Below are positions 18,759-28,452 of a DNA stretch of 64,000 nucleotides, one piece after another. Position 1 is the first letter of the stretch. Each line of letters opens with the position of its first letter. A program made the position numbers and the translations under genes. The notes beneath the pieces were generated by a model that was given only the letters and a program-made list of their open reading frames with translations, did not search any database and had not been told where the DNA came from. Source of the stretch: Sedimentisphaerales bacterium (lineage in GTDB: Bacteria > Planctomycetota > Phycisphaerae > Sedimentisphaerales > UBA12454); NCBI GenBank assembly GCA_016930635.1, contig JAFGGI010000042.1, positions 2,901 through 66,900 on the forward strand. The letters run 5' to 3'.

Positions 18759-19424
18759 ATGCAGCTGAAGGTTATAAAAGCTGATGGCAGCCAGGAACAA
18801 TACCTGCACACAAAGGTCATTGCCGCCTTTGTTAACGCCTTCGACGCCCCGGAAGAACAGGATACCTCTACCGCCAGACAACTCGCCGAAACCGTCACCT
18901 TTTACTTATACAACAACCATCCCACAAATAAAATCACAAGTAATGAGATCCTCTCAATAATCCAGGCCGTACTTTCCTCCACTGGATACGATGACGCAGC
19001 GGCAAATCTCGCCGAACATCACAACAAAAGAAATCTCTTAAGATCAAGAATTGAAATTAAAAAATATGATGTCCACAAAATCTGTGATTCCCTAAAGCTC
19101 CGCCAGGCCATCACCGAATCGGAGCCGATAAAATGGAATAAATCAAGGATTGTAAACGATATTATCGACGAGTACGACCTCGACAATACCACCGCAAGAG
19201 TAATCGCCTCAATGGTCGAAGAAAAAATACTCAACTCAGGCCTCCGTTGTGTCTCAACCTCATTTATCAGATTCCTCGTTGTTCTCCAGACACAGGCTAT
19301 ACTCTCCGCTCAGCAGCAAATGAAACCGGACGATAAAAAAACTGCTTTTGCAGTCAAAAACCATGCGCTAACGGAAGAGCGCCTCAGGCAGCCGCAAAAT
19401 GGACTTTGCCCCGTCGAAGTTTAA
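18759..19424 (+). CDS. stand-alone protein with two ATP-cone-like domains
   Basis: 221 aa. The N terminus LKVIKADGSQEQYLHTKVIAAFVNAF and a second segment IKWNKSRIVNDIIDEYDLDNTTARVIASMVEEKILNSG both fit the ATP-cone pattern. There is no zinc ribbon and no RNR catalytic domain. Confidence 0.5.
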   Translation: MQLKVIKADGSQEQYLHTKVIAAFVNAFDAPEEQDTSTARQLAETVTFYLYNNHPTNKITSNEILSIIQAVLSSTGYDDAAANLAEHHNKRNLLRSRIEIKKYDVHKICDSLKLRQAITESEPIKWNKSRIVNDIIDEYDLDNTTARVIASMVEEKILNSGLRCVSTSFIRFLVVLQTQAILSAQQQMKPDDKKTAFAVKNHALTEERLRQPQNGLCPVEV

Positions 19425-19533
19425 TTAGGCAGGATGGAAGAAATTAAGGATCCATTGCCGACTCGACCCGGCTGCCTGGGATTTTTTTAGCACACTTGAC
19501 AACTGCCCCCCATTGGCATAACCTTAATAAAGA

Positions 19534-20604
19534 ATGAAAAAGCTGCTGAAAAAACATTCCGCAAGGTCAGGCCTGCCACCAGGCACTCTCCTACACACAG
19601 GACAGCAGAAAGTCGCCCAGCCGATAATCACCGCCATTGACTATAACAGCGACCACCTGGAAGAAAAGCAAATCCTCGATATCGCCCAGTGCGCCGACCT
19701 GAAGAAAAAAAATACCATAACATGGATAAATATCGACGGCCTGCACGATACAAAACTCATCGAGCAAATCGGACAAATCTTCAATATACACCCCCTGACC
19801 CTCGAAGACATTGTCTCGGTTGACCAGAGACCGAAATTCGAAGCCTTTGATGAAAATTATATCTTTGTTGCACTTAATATGCTTACCTTCAACAACACTG
19901 ATAAAACCATCGACTGCGAACAGGTCAGCCTGATTTTAGGGGAAAATTTCGTCCTGTCATTCCAGGAAAAACCGGGAGATGTATTCGAAAATATCCGCCA
20001 GAGAATCCGCCAGACAAAAGGACGTATCAGAAAAATGAACGCAGATTATCTCGCATATACCCTCATAGATGCCATAGTCGACAATTACTTCCTGATACTC
20101 GAAAACTTCGGCGAAATAATCGAATCCCTCGAAGATGAGCTCATCACAGACCCCACAGAAAAAACCTTCCGGAAAATCCACTCGATAAAACGTGAAATGA
20201 TTCTCATTAGAAAATCCATTTGGCCGCTCCGCGAGGTCATAAACGGCTTTAAAAAAAGCGAATCAAAAAATATATCACAGGCAACCGAAGCATACTTCAG
20301 CGACGTTTACGACCATACCATCCAGATTATCGACACAATAGAAAGCTTCCGTGATATGGTCTCCGGCATGATCGACCTCTACCTGTCCAGCCTCAGCAAC
20401 AAAATGAACGCCGTAATGAAGGTCCTGACAATAATCGCAACCATATTCATACCACTCGGATTTTTCGCAGGCGTCTATGGAATGAACTTCGACCATATGC
20501 CCGAACTCCACTGTAAATGGGCATACCCATTCGGATTCTGGATTGCTATAATTATTATAGTAGCCGCGATGCTCTACTTCTTTAAAAGAAAAAAATGGCT
20601 TTAA
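19534..20604 (+). CDS. corA: magnesium/cobalt transporter CorA
   Basis: 356 aa with two C-terminal TM helices and the signature GVYGMNF motif. Confidence 0.9.
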   Translation: MKKLLKKHSARSGLPPGTLLHTGQQKVAQPIITAIDYNSDHLEEKQILDIAQCADLKKKNTITWINIDGLHDTKLIEQIGQIFNIHPLTLEDIVSVDQRPKFEAFDENYIFVALNMLTFNNTDKTIDCEQVSLILGENFVLSFQEKPGDVFENIRQRIRQTKGRIRKMNADYLAYTLIDAIVDNYFLILENFGEIIESLEDELITDPTEKTFRKIHSIKREMILIRKSIWPLREVINGFKKSESKNISQATEAYFSDVYDHTIQIIDTIESFRDMVSGMIDLYLSSLSNKMNAVMKVLTIIATIFIPLGFFAGVYGMNFDHMPELHCKWAYPFGFWIAIIIIVAAMLYFFKRKKWL

Positions 20605-20637
20605 TTTCCAGTTCACTTTCGTCGTAAGGAAAAAAAT

Positions 20638-21360
20638 ATGAATCTCATCATCTTCACAATAGTCCTTGTCATATCATTCATCGTCGTCCGCATAGGCGCC
20701 ATCGCATTTCAGCTCACAGGCCTTGAATGGTCGCTCGCAAAATTCCAGGCACTAAGCTGCTTTTCAGGCACAGGCTTTACAACAAAAGAATCCGAGCTCA
20801 TCGTCTCGAACCCTCAAAGACGAAAGATCGCCTCCGTGCTCATCGTCCTCGGAAACGCAGGCCTCGTCACACTCATCGCCACCTTCGCAAATTCTATCAG
20901 ACCACGAGCCACAGGCCAAAAAATCTCCCTGCCTTTCCTAAAGGATTTCCTCCCCGAAGCTGTCCTGCCATGGATGAGTCTCGTTATAATCATGGCTATT
21001 ATATTTGTTATGTATAAACTCTTTACAAATATCGGCTTCACCGGAAAAGTTACAAATCTACTCCGTAATTTCGTTATGAAAAAAGATATCATCAAAACCG
21101 TAACAGCGGAAGAACTCCTCATCGCCACCGGAGGCTATGGCGTATCAAGAATAAAGATCACTCCTAACAGCTCTATAATTGACAAAAGCCTTGCTGATTC
21201 GCATCTCAGAAGTCACGATATAACTGTTCTTGCGATTACAAGAAGCAATGAAACAATACCGAATCCGTCCCCTGGTACTGTTTTCAATGTGGATGACGAA
21301 CTGATTTGCTTCGGAAAACTCGAGAACATCCAGAACATCATCACCCTCTCCGCAAACTAA
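20638..21360 (+). CDS. membrane protein with C-terminal TrkA-C (RCK_C) domain, possible ion channel
   Basis: 240 aa with TM helices, an FSGTGFTT pore-loop-like motif and a C-terminal RCK_C-like segment (VSRIKITPNSSIIDKSLADSHLRSHDITVLAITR...DDELICFG). Confidence 0.6.
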   Translation: MNLIIFTIVLVISFIVVRIGAIAFQLTGLEWSLAKFQALSCFSGTGFTTKESELIVSNPQRRKIASVLIVLGNAGLVTLIATFANSIRPRATGQKISLPFLKDFLPEAVLPWMSLVIIMAIIFVMYKLFTNIGFTGKVTNLLRNFVMKKDIIKTVTAEELLIATGGYGVSRIKITPNSSIIDKSLADSHLRSHDITVLAITRSNETIPNPSPGTVFNVDDELICFGKLENIQNIITLSAN

Positions 21361-21366
21361 TCCAAT

Positions 21367-21765
21367 GTCATTGCGAGGCGGTTGAAAACCGCCGCGGCAA
21401 TCTAAAAAAATATTTAGCCCCCGGTTTTACCGGGGGTTGATTAGCCCCGACCCCTGCGGTCGGGGTTTTATATTTAGCCCCACGACGTGTCGTGGGGTTG
21501 CTTTTCGTTTAACCCCCAGGCCTGCGTGCCCGTCCGAAGATTTATCGAAGGCGGGTGCCGGGGGGTAGTCATTCCCGAATTTATCCTGGGGGTCTCCTCC
21601 AAATAATCTGTGTCCACACAACGCGCGCTTAGCCCCCACCCCTGCGGTCGGGGTTTTATATTTAGCCCCACGACGTGTCGTGGGGTTGCTTTTTGTTTAG
21701 CCCCCGGACCTGCCCTGGGGGTTGTTCGTGTCATTGCGAGGAGTGTAACGACGTGGCAATCTCGG
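21367..21765 (+). repeat. tandem run of TTAGCCCC-stem-loop-GGGGTT hairpin repeats bracketed by two CATTGCGAG...GCAATCT elements
   Basis: Hairpins lie at about 21414, 21441, 21473, 21629, 21661 and 21697. A ~70-bp two-hairpin unit is duplicated (21441-21513 vs 21629-21700). Bracketing copies of GTCATTGCGAGG...GGCAATCT lie at 21367-21403 and 21729-21765. Confidence 0.85.
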
Positions 21766-21982
21766 CCTGTCTCGCACCAAATACCATATACTAAATACCA
21801 AATACTTATGTATTTTCACCTCTCCACGCTAAACGATGTACACTCTACGCTAATAATCACCGCCGCAATCTCCATCACTACAACAGTATAAATATTTATA
21901 TAATTCATTTGACTAATGCCCATTAAATAATTAAGATCCCGTTATCGTGTGAAAGCAAAAAATTATCGTGTAGGTACAAAGA

Positions 21983-23824
21983 ATGGGCAAAAAACCTATT
22001 GCAGCAAAGCATATCATCTCCTCTTTCTTGTCCTTATTTTGGCTGTTAAGCTGCGGATACGCTGCTGAACAATCAAATAAATCTCAAACTTACGGCGATA
22101 TAACTGTCTCGATCATATCTTCCTTCCAAAAAAATAGAGTGCATGGCTATGCGGAGTACAAAATCAGCGTTCAGAATACTTCTATCGATCAGACTCATAT
22201 AGTTACATTATCAGCTCCCAAATTCAACTATGGCTGGGGTGGAATCCAAAAAATAACAAAAACTATTGTTATGCCACCTGTTTTTCAGACAACCGTATCA
22301 ATCTTCCAGCCCCCTTTAATCGTGTCCGGCCGTAATCTTGAAGTAATAATCGACAATAAAAAACAACGACAGCCAGTCGAAATGACATTCGCAGACATCC
22401 AGACTTTTTACAGAAGATGTTCTATGTTTGCCTGCGAACAAAAGGATTTTCCTCCGCATGTACTCTTAAGCCAAAATGTCAGCTATGATGACTTTAAAAA
22501 CTATTTATTAAATCCAAATCTTAATGAAACTTCCAGTACCTTCCCGACTGATGATGAAAATTGGCTGCATTATTTCGTGATCTCCGATTCCAAAATCGAA
22601 GCATGGTCCGAGCAATGGTTTACCTATACACCATATGACGGAATTATTCTAACTGCAGATGAAATGTATGCCGCACCAGAGAATATAAAATCTGCATTAC
22701 TTAAATATCTCCGTTGTGGCGGCTCATTACTGATACTCGGTAAATGGAATGGTATAAAAAAATGGCAAAATGAAGCACAAAAGGCGGATTCATTAGAGTT
22801 ATACTACATTGATTTCGGAATATGCATCATCAATGAAGCAAATGATGTCCCAAAATGGAGTGAACAGACCTGGAAGAAGCTAAATAAAATAGCCTGGCAG
22901 CCAACTGGAGAAGAATTGACAAGATGCCAGGATATAGCTGCCGCAAATGACGAATTTCAAATAGTTCCTACACTGGCGATACCGGTCAGAGGATTATTTA
23001 TTTTGGTTCTTGTCTTTGCGATAATAATTGGACCGGTAAATCTGATAATACTTCGTAAAATCAAAAAAAGGGTCTGGATGCTCTGGACTGTACCTGCCGT
23101 TTCAATTCTAACCAGTGCGGCAGTTTTCGCATACGCCATTTGTACTGAAGGACTCGATTCAAATTACAGAAACCGGACGATAACTATTCTCAACCAGGTC
23201 TTCAATAATGCAACAACTATTGGAATAAATGCATTTTATTGCCCACTGACACCACGACAGGGACTGCACTATGATTATGAAACTGAACTAACACCTATAG
23301 GAATTGATACTTGGCGGCGAGGAAGCTCAAGGGTCCTTGACTGGACTAATGATCAGCATCTTGAAACAGGTTGGATTATGGGGAGGGTACCTGCATATTT
23401 CCTGTTGAGAAAAGGCCGGGTAACTGCCGAAAACATAAATATTATACCAAACAGCACAAACGAACTGCTGGCTGAGAATCACTTTGATGACGATATCAGT
23501 AAATTATGGTACGCCGATAAGAACGGTAAAATATATTCTGCCCAGAATATCTCTGCCGGAACAAAAATAAAATTAACGTTAACAGAAAAACTCTTGTCTG
23601 AGTCATATCAAAATGATACCTGGCGAAATATCTATAGCCGAAACTGGGCAAATTCTTATGACAGAATTATCGCAAAACCAGAAAAATATTTAAGACCGGG
23701 TACGTATATAGCCGTATTAGAAGCTTCACCTTTTATTGAACAGCCGCTGAAAAAAGCAAAGATACAAAAAAAATCTGAATCACTGATTATTGGAATTGTG
23801 GAAAGCCCTTTAGATGGAAGTTAA
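21983..23824 (+). CDS. lipoprotein/membrane protein, possible auxiliary component of the adjacent ABC system
   Basis: 613 aa with a lipobox-like LLSCG near the N terminus and two central TM helices. The GGSLLILGKW segment resembles GldG-type auxiliary proteins. The last codons overlap the ABC ATPase start. Confidence 0.5.
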   Translation: MGKKPIAAKHIISSFLSLFWLLSCGYAAEQSNKSQTYGDITVSIISSFQKNRVHGYAEYKISVQNTSIDQTHIVTLSAPKFNYGWGGIQKITKTIVMPPVFQTTVSIFQPPLIVSGRNLEVIIDNKKQRQPVEMTFADIQTFYRRCSMFACEQKDFPPHVLLSQNVSYDDFKNYLLNPNLNETSSTFPTDDENWLHYFVISDSKIEAWSEQWFTYTPYDGIILTADEMYAAPENIKSALLKYLRCGGSLLILGKWNGIKKWQNEAQKADSLELYYIDFGICIINEANDVPKWSEQTWKKLNKIAWQPTGEELTRCQDIAAANDEFQIVPTLAIPVRGLFILVLVFAIIIGPVNLIILRKIKKRVWMLWTVPAVSILTSAAVFAYAICTEGLDSNYRNRTITILNQVFNNATTIGINAFYCPLTPRQGLHYDYETELTPIGIDTWRRGSSRVLDWTNDQHLETGWIMGRVPAYFLLRKGRVTAENINIIPNSTNELLAENHFDDDISKLWYADKNGKIYSAQNISAGTKIKLTLTEKLLSESYQNDTWRNIYSRNWANSYDRIIAKPEKYLRPGTYIAVLEASPFIEQPLKKAKIQKKSESLIIGIVESPLDGS

Positions 23825-24743
23825 AGTCGTCAATCTGAAAAAATACTTCAAAAAAACCAAAGCCGTTGATGATATCAGCTTTGACCTCCTCTCCGGACAG
23901 ATCACTGCTTTTGTAGGCCCAAACGGAGCAGGAAAAACCACCGCTATGAGAATCATGGCAACTATTGACGAACCTGACCAGGGTGACGTACTTATTGACG
24001 GCATATCTGCAATACAATACCCCGAAAAAGTTCGCAAACTTGTCGGATTTATGCCCGACTTCCTGCCGACACATCCTGATATGACAGTCGATGACTATCT
24101 CGATTTCTTCGCACGTGCTTTTGGAATAAGAGACTACGAAAAAAGAAAAAAAATTGTCCGGCAAACTGAAGAATTCACAAATCTTATTACTATCAAGGAT
24201 AAATTTCTTAAAGCACTATCAAAGGGAATGAAGCAAAGAGTCAGTCTCGCAAGAGCTATTATACACGACCCGCCCGTATTGATTCTTGACGAACCGGCCG
24301 CAGGCCTCGACCCGAGAGCACGCGTTGAACTGCGGGAATCTCTAAAAGCACTTGCTAAAAAAGGTAAAATAATATTTGTAAGCTCACATATTCTTTCTGA
24401 ACTCGCCGAAATATGTGACACCGTCGTTATTATTGAAAAAGGTAAATTACTCAAAGCCGGCGGCATCCAGCAAATCTCCCGGGAAAATATGCATCTGTCC
24501 GTTATGATACGTTCTACTTCAGATCTTCAAAAACTCGCCCAGGCTCTGCAGAAAATGCCGCAGATAAAAGATGCAAAAGTTATGCCGAATTGTGTTGCCG
24601 CAGAGATCAAAGGAAGTGAAGCAGAATCAGGAAAAATACTTGCTGCATTAGTGAAAGACGGCTTTGAAATCATAGAAATCAAACATGTAAAAACCAGTCT
24701 TGAAGATATCTTTATGAATATAACTAAAGGAGAACTGGCTTAA
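23814..24743 (+). CDS. ABC transporter ATP-binding protein
   Basis: 309 aa with Walker A GPNGAGKTT, signature LSKGMKQRVSLARA and Walker B LILDEPAAGLD. Confidence 0.9.
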   Translation: MEVKVVNLKKYFKKTKAVDDISFDLLSGQITAFVGPNGAGKTTAMRIMATIDEPDQGDVLIDGISAIQYPEKVRKLVGFMPDFLPTHPDMTVDDYLDFFARAFGIRDYEKRKKIVRQTEEFTNLITIKDKFLKALSKGMKQRVSLARAIIHDPPVLILDEPAAGLDPRARVELRESLKALAKKGKIIFVSSHILSELAEICDTVVIIEKGKLLKAGGIQQISRENMHLSVMIRSTSDLQKLAQALQKMPQIKDAKVMPNCVAAEIKGSEAESGKILAALVKDGFEIIEIKHVKTSLEDIFMNITKGELA

Positions 24744-26203
24744 TGAATTCTCCATCTGTAAAATTCGCCGACCGTATCAACCCGATCGTAGTCAAGGAAA
24801 TACGCCAGGCAGTAAAAGGCAGGTTTACAAGCTGGACTTTAATATTAACTCTTGCAATTGAATTGATAATTATCGGTTTCGTATTGGTATTCAGTAAGGA
24901 TATCGGAAAAAATTTCAGCATCGGCCAGAGCCTTTTTGTAGGCTTGTTAATGTTTTTGCTTTTTGTTTGCGTATTCCTCGTACCCGTTTCCACAGGCACC
25001 AGAATTTCATCTGAAAAAACCTCCAGCAACGTGGACCTGTTCTTTATAACTACACTTAAACCAGTTCAGATTATATCAGGCAAGCTGCTCACCGCAATAA
25101 TTGTGATCTTACTCTTCTTCACTGCCAGTTTACCTTTCATGACACTTACATATTTACTCAGGGGACTTGACCTGCCGACTATCTTTGTAATATTAGTTTT
25201 TAATTTTCTTGTTACGGCAGGTTGCGTCCAGTTTTGTATATTCCAGGCTTGCCTGCCGGGCGGTATCGTCAGCAGGATTATGCGCCTACTTATCACATTA
25301 TTCATCCTTCTGGTTGTATATCAAATTGCTGGGGCCGCTTCATCCGAGATGTTACATAAGGGCATCGGCAGTACTATTACTACCTGGGATTTCTGGAGCC
25401 ATGCCCTTACATCAGTCTCATATATTCTCATTGGCCTCGGCTTTCTTTTTGTCATTTCCGTCGCCCTTATCTCGCCAACATCTGCTAACAGAGTTTTTAG
25501 TGTGCGTCTTTATCTGCTCTTCTCTTGGCTGGCTACCGGCATTATCTCTGTAATATGGTTCTTCGCCGCTCAAAATAGATCGTTTCTCCAGGCTTGGCTC
25601 ATGCTAATGACGATAACATTCGCTATAAATATGCTGGCAAGTGTCTGTGAACGCCAAATACCATCACAAAGAATACTCAAAGATATACCTAAAAAGCCAA
25701 TATTAAGACTCCCTGCCTTCTTCCTGTTCAGCGGACCTGCCGGCGGTGTCTCTTTTTCCATAATTATGCTCACAATGACCTTTCTTATCTATTCTTTAAT
25801 ATCAGAAATTATCGCCCCGCCGCTCAAAGCATTTTCAGATAGTAACCAGGAACTGCTTTTAACTGCTATCGGACTTGCTTTATATGCCTGCTGCTATTCA
25901 CTAACCAGCTTGAACATTAAAGCTGCTTTTTTCAAAAAATCTTCGACATATTCAACAATGACTGGCATTATATCATTCCTTTTAGTCGGCAGCATCCTGC
26001 CCGTTATAATCGGGTTTTTGCTCCGGCAGAATATTTGGGAAGAGTTATCACCTCTATGGTACATAGGCAATCCTATGGTCCTGTTACTGGAAGAAAAAAT
26101 ATGGGTTGAATGCTTTACTTTCACAGGTATTTGGGCCAGCGTAGCCTTCTCTATAAGCCTGCCATGGTTCTTCAGACAGCTAAAAAGTTTTAAACCAATC
26201 TAA
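24743..26203 (+). CDS. polytopic ABC-2-type permease-like membrane protein
   Basis: 486 aa, hydrophobic throughout with many predicted TM helices. Its start is coupled to the ATPase stop (TAATG). Confidence 0.6.
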   Translation: MNSPSVKFADRINPIVVKEIRQAVKGRFTSWTLILTLAIELIIIGFVLVFSKDIGKNFSIGQSLFVGLLMFLLFVCVFLVPVSTGTRISSEKTSSNVDLFFITTLKPVQIISGKLLTAIIVILLFFTASLPFMTLTYLLRGLDLPTIFVILVFNFLVTAGCVQFCIFQACLPGGIVSRIMRLLITLFILLVVYQIAGAASSEMLHKGIGSTITTWDFWSHALTSVSYILIGLGFLFVISVALISPTSANRVFSVRLYLLFSWLATGIISVIWFFAAQNRSFLQAWLMLMTITFAINMLASVCERQIPSQRILKDIPKKPILRLPAFFLFSGPAGGVSFSIIMLTMTFLIYSLISEIIAPPLKAFSDSNQELLLTAIGLALYACCYSLTSLNIKAAFFKKSSTYSTMTGIISFLLVGSILPVIIGFLLRQNIWEELSPLWYIGNPMVLLLEEKIWVECFTFTGIWASVAFSISLPWFFRQLKSFKPI

Positions 26204-26330
26204 AAACCGCTAATTTCCTCATCCTATCCCCTGTAAACTGTACATTGCAAATACCTCTCCACGCTAAACGCTGTACACTCCACGCTATTTTATTGACAAC
26301 TGATAACCGATAACTGAATACCGACCTGTT

Positions 26331-27104
26331 TTACTTCCCCTTCCATATCATCCACATCGGCTTCAACGGTGCAAACTCCATAGCAACTCTTATTTTGAAC
26401 GTAACGATATTATCATTAAGTATCATCTGCACTCGTCCATCGCCAAGACTGGGGTGGTCAAAGTCAAGTCCATTTTTCTCACTAAGCTTCGCCGCCAGCG
26501 CAGGCGATTGATCCAGTTTAACAAGTATTGTTTCAAAGGTCTGATTAGTCATCATCGCACCGACATCCAGAACCTTACTGTCCTGACGTACCTGCATAGC
26601 ATCATCCCGGAAGTCCTCCAAAGATTTCCTCATTATCGCAATACGTTTTTGGTTCTGGCTCGTATAAGGCTCTGACAAAGTCTCTTCATCCACGGTTATT
26701 TCCGCATCAAACCGCATCTGCTGCCCGTATGTCTTGATATTAAGGTTAACATACCAGGGCTTTTCATCAACGGTCAGAAAGTATTTCCGGGTTACGGTAA
26801 ATTCTTCTTCATCGAATCCGACCATAGTCATCCAGAGCTGGCTCCCCTTTTTCTTCTCACCCCAGCTTGCAATTACGCTTTCGCTTTCACTGATCATCTC
26901 TTTTTTATGTCGTTTTATACCATCCAGTATCTCGACGCTGGTGCTCTTGCCGACTTCAATATCCCTGTAAGCTTCGGGCATCTTCCAGGTCAAAGGCCAC
27001 GGCTCCGGCGTCAGCCTCTCAGCGGGCTCTTCGATCCCGCAGCCCGCCAAAAATACCATTACCAGGCTTACTGCCGCCAACAGCAAAAAATTTACAATTT
27101 TCAA
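26331..27104 (-). CDS. hypothetical lipoprotein
   Basis: 257 aa with a signal peptide and lipobox (VMVFLAGCG). No family was recognised. Confidence 0.5.
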   Translation of the reverse strand: MKIVNFLLLAAVSLVMVFLAGCGIEEPAERLTPEPWPLTWKMPEAYRDIEVGKSTSVEILDGIKRHKKEMISESESVIASWGEKKKGSQLWMTMVGFDEEEFTVTRKYFLTVDEKPWYVNLNIKTYGQQMRFDAEITVDEETLSEPYTSQNQKRIAIMRKSLEDFRDDAMQVRQDSKVLDVGAMMTNQTFETILVKLDQSPALAAKLSEKNGLDFDHPSLGDGRVQMILNDNIVTFKIRVAMEFAPLKPMWMIWKGK

Positions 27105-27211
27105 GGACGCCCTTTCAATAAATCAGCTATTCGCCTCTGGCGAATTCCACGACTCGACTGAGCTCGTCGAAGTCAACTTTTAGCTTTTAATTTTAAGTTT
27201 TTAGCTTGTTA

Positions 27212-28219
27212 TTATACTTCTTTCGCGTCTATCCACTTCATCATCTTGCGAAGTTTCCTGCCGACCTTTTCGAGTTTGCAGTTATAGTCTTTTTTGTAGA
27301 GCGAATTAAACTTTTTCATCCCGCGTTTATATTCACCGACCCATTCTTTCGCGAACTTCCCGCTTTTGATCTCGGCCAGTATTTTCTTCATTTCAGCCTT
27401 TGTCTTACCGGTTACTATTCTCGACCCCCTCGTCAGATCACCATACTCCGCCGTATTCGAAATACTATACCGCATATAGCTCATCCCGCCCTGGTACATC
27501 AAGTCAACAATAAGCTTCACTTCATGCATGCACTCGAAATAGGCTATCTCGGGTTGGTAGCCGGCGTTGACAAGTGTCTCGAACCCGGCCTTGATGAGGC
27601 TGGTCAGGCCGCCGCAAAGGACTACCTGCTCGCCAAATAAATCAGTCTCAGTCTCTTCCTTATATGTCGTCTGAATAATACCAGCCCGTGCCCCGCCAAT
27701 ACCATTGCCCCAGGCAAGAGCGATCTTCCTGGCAGTCTTGGTCGGGTCCTGCTGAACAGCTACCAGGCAAGGTACGCCGCCGCCCTTTTCATACTCACTC
27801 CTGACCAAATGGCCAGGCCCCTTCGGAGCAATCATAACAACATTAACGTTCTTGGGCGGAACAATATACTTGAAATGAATATTAAAACCATGACAAAAAC
27901 CAAGCGTCTGGCCGGCCTTCAAATTAGGCGCGATCTGCGTCTTATATATCCTGGCCTGAATCTCGTCCGGCAGTGTAACAATTATCAGCGTAGCACCCTT
28001 CATAGCTGTCTTGATATCTGTCGGTTTGAACTTGTACTTGACGGCCAACTTATAATTGGCTGTGCCCTTCAGCTCAGCTACAGATACCTTTACTCCACTA
28101 TCCCGCAGATTCAAACTGTGGGCATGACCCTGACTGCCAAAGCCGATTACAGCTACCTTTTTGCCCTTGCCCTTCAAAGGCCCGATCGGCGCATCTTTTA
28201 CATAATAAACCTTTGCCAT
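27212..28219 (-). CDS. ilvC: ketol-acid reductoisomerase
   Basis: 335 aa with the class I KARI motifs [21 protein letters not shown] and GPGHLVR. Confidence 0.92.
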   Translation of the reverse strand: MAKVYYVKDAPIGPLKGKGKKVAVIGFGSQGHAHSLNLRDSGVKVSVAELKGTANYKLAVKYKFKPTDIKTAMKGATLIIVTLPDEIQARIYKTQIAPNLKAGQTLGFCHGFNIHFKYIVPPKNVNVVMIAPKGPGHLVRSEYEKGGGVPCLVAVQQDPTKTARKIALAWGNGIGGARAGIIQTTYKEETETDLFGEQVVLCGGLTSLIKAGFETLVNAGYQPEIAYFECMHEVKLIVDLMYQGGMSYMRYSISNTAEYGDLTRGSRIVTGKTKAEMKKILAEIKSGKFAKEWVGEYKRGMKKFNSLYKKDYNCKLEKVGRKLRKMMKWIDAKEV

Positions 28220-28452
28220 TGTCCAAAACTCCTAAATTAAATTTATATACGTCTTTCGTCTATCGGTTGTGCTGCTCGTTTCGTTCACCGTTTTACGTAA
28301 AACGCAACCGATACGAGCTTCGCAGTCCCGTAAGGCATCCCTAACGGGACCGCAACCGTTTAACGCAGCCTTTAGGCCCTATTTTGTACACGCAAAAGGC
28401 CTCATTTGCAAGCTAATTTATTAGACTATTTGCCTCGACAATCCGGCGGTGA

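Noticed and set aside
19496-19524. TTGACA-17-TAACCT as the corA promoter
   Set aside because: The -10 is weak. It would also place the transcription start only about 2-8 nt before the ATG (essentially leaderless), so the evidence is too thin to call.
21414-21725. Possible CRISPR array, because of regularly spaced GC-rich palindromic units
   Set aside because: The units are not identical repeats separated by unique spacers of uniform length. The stems themselves differ, spacing is irregular (about 27-35 nt, then a 120-nt gap), and no cas genes or leader are present.
21427-21891. Track ORFs 21427-21639(-), 21474-21734(-) and 21610-21891(+)
   Set aside because: They are translations of the hairpin repeat run (repeated ...GLNIKPRPQG... 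peptides mirror the DNA duplication), with no RBS or start context.
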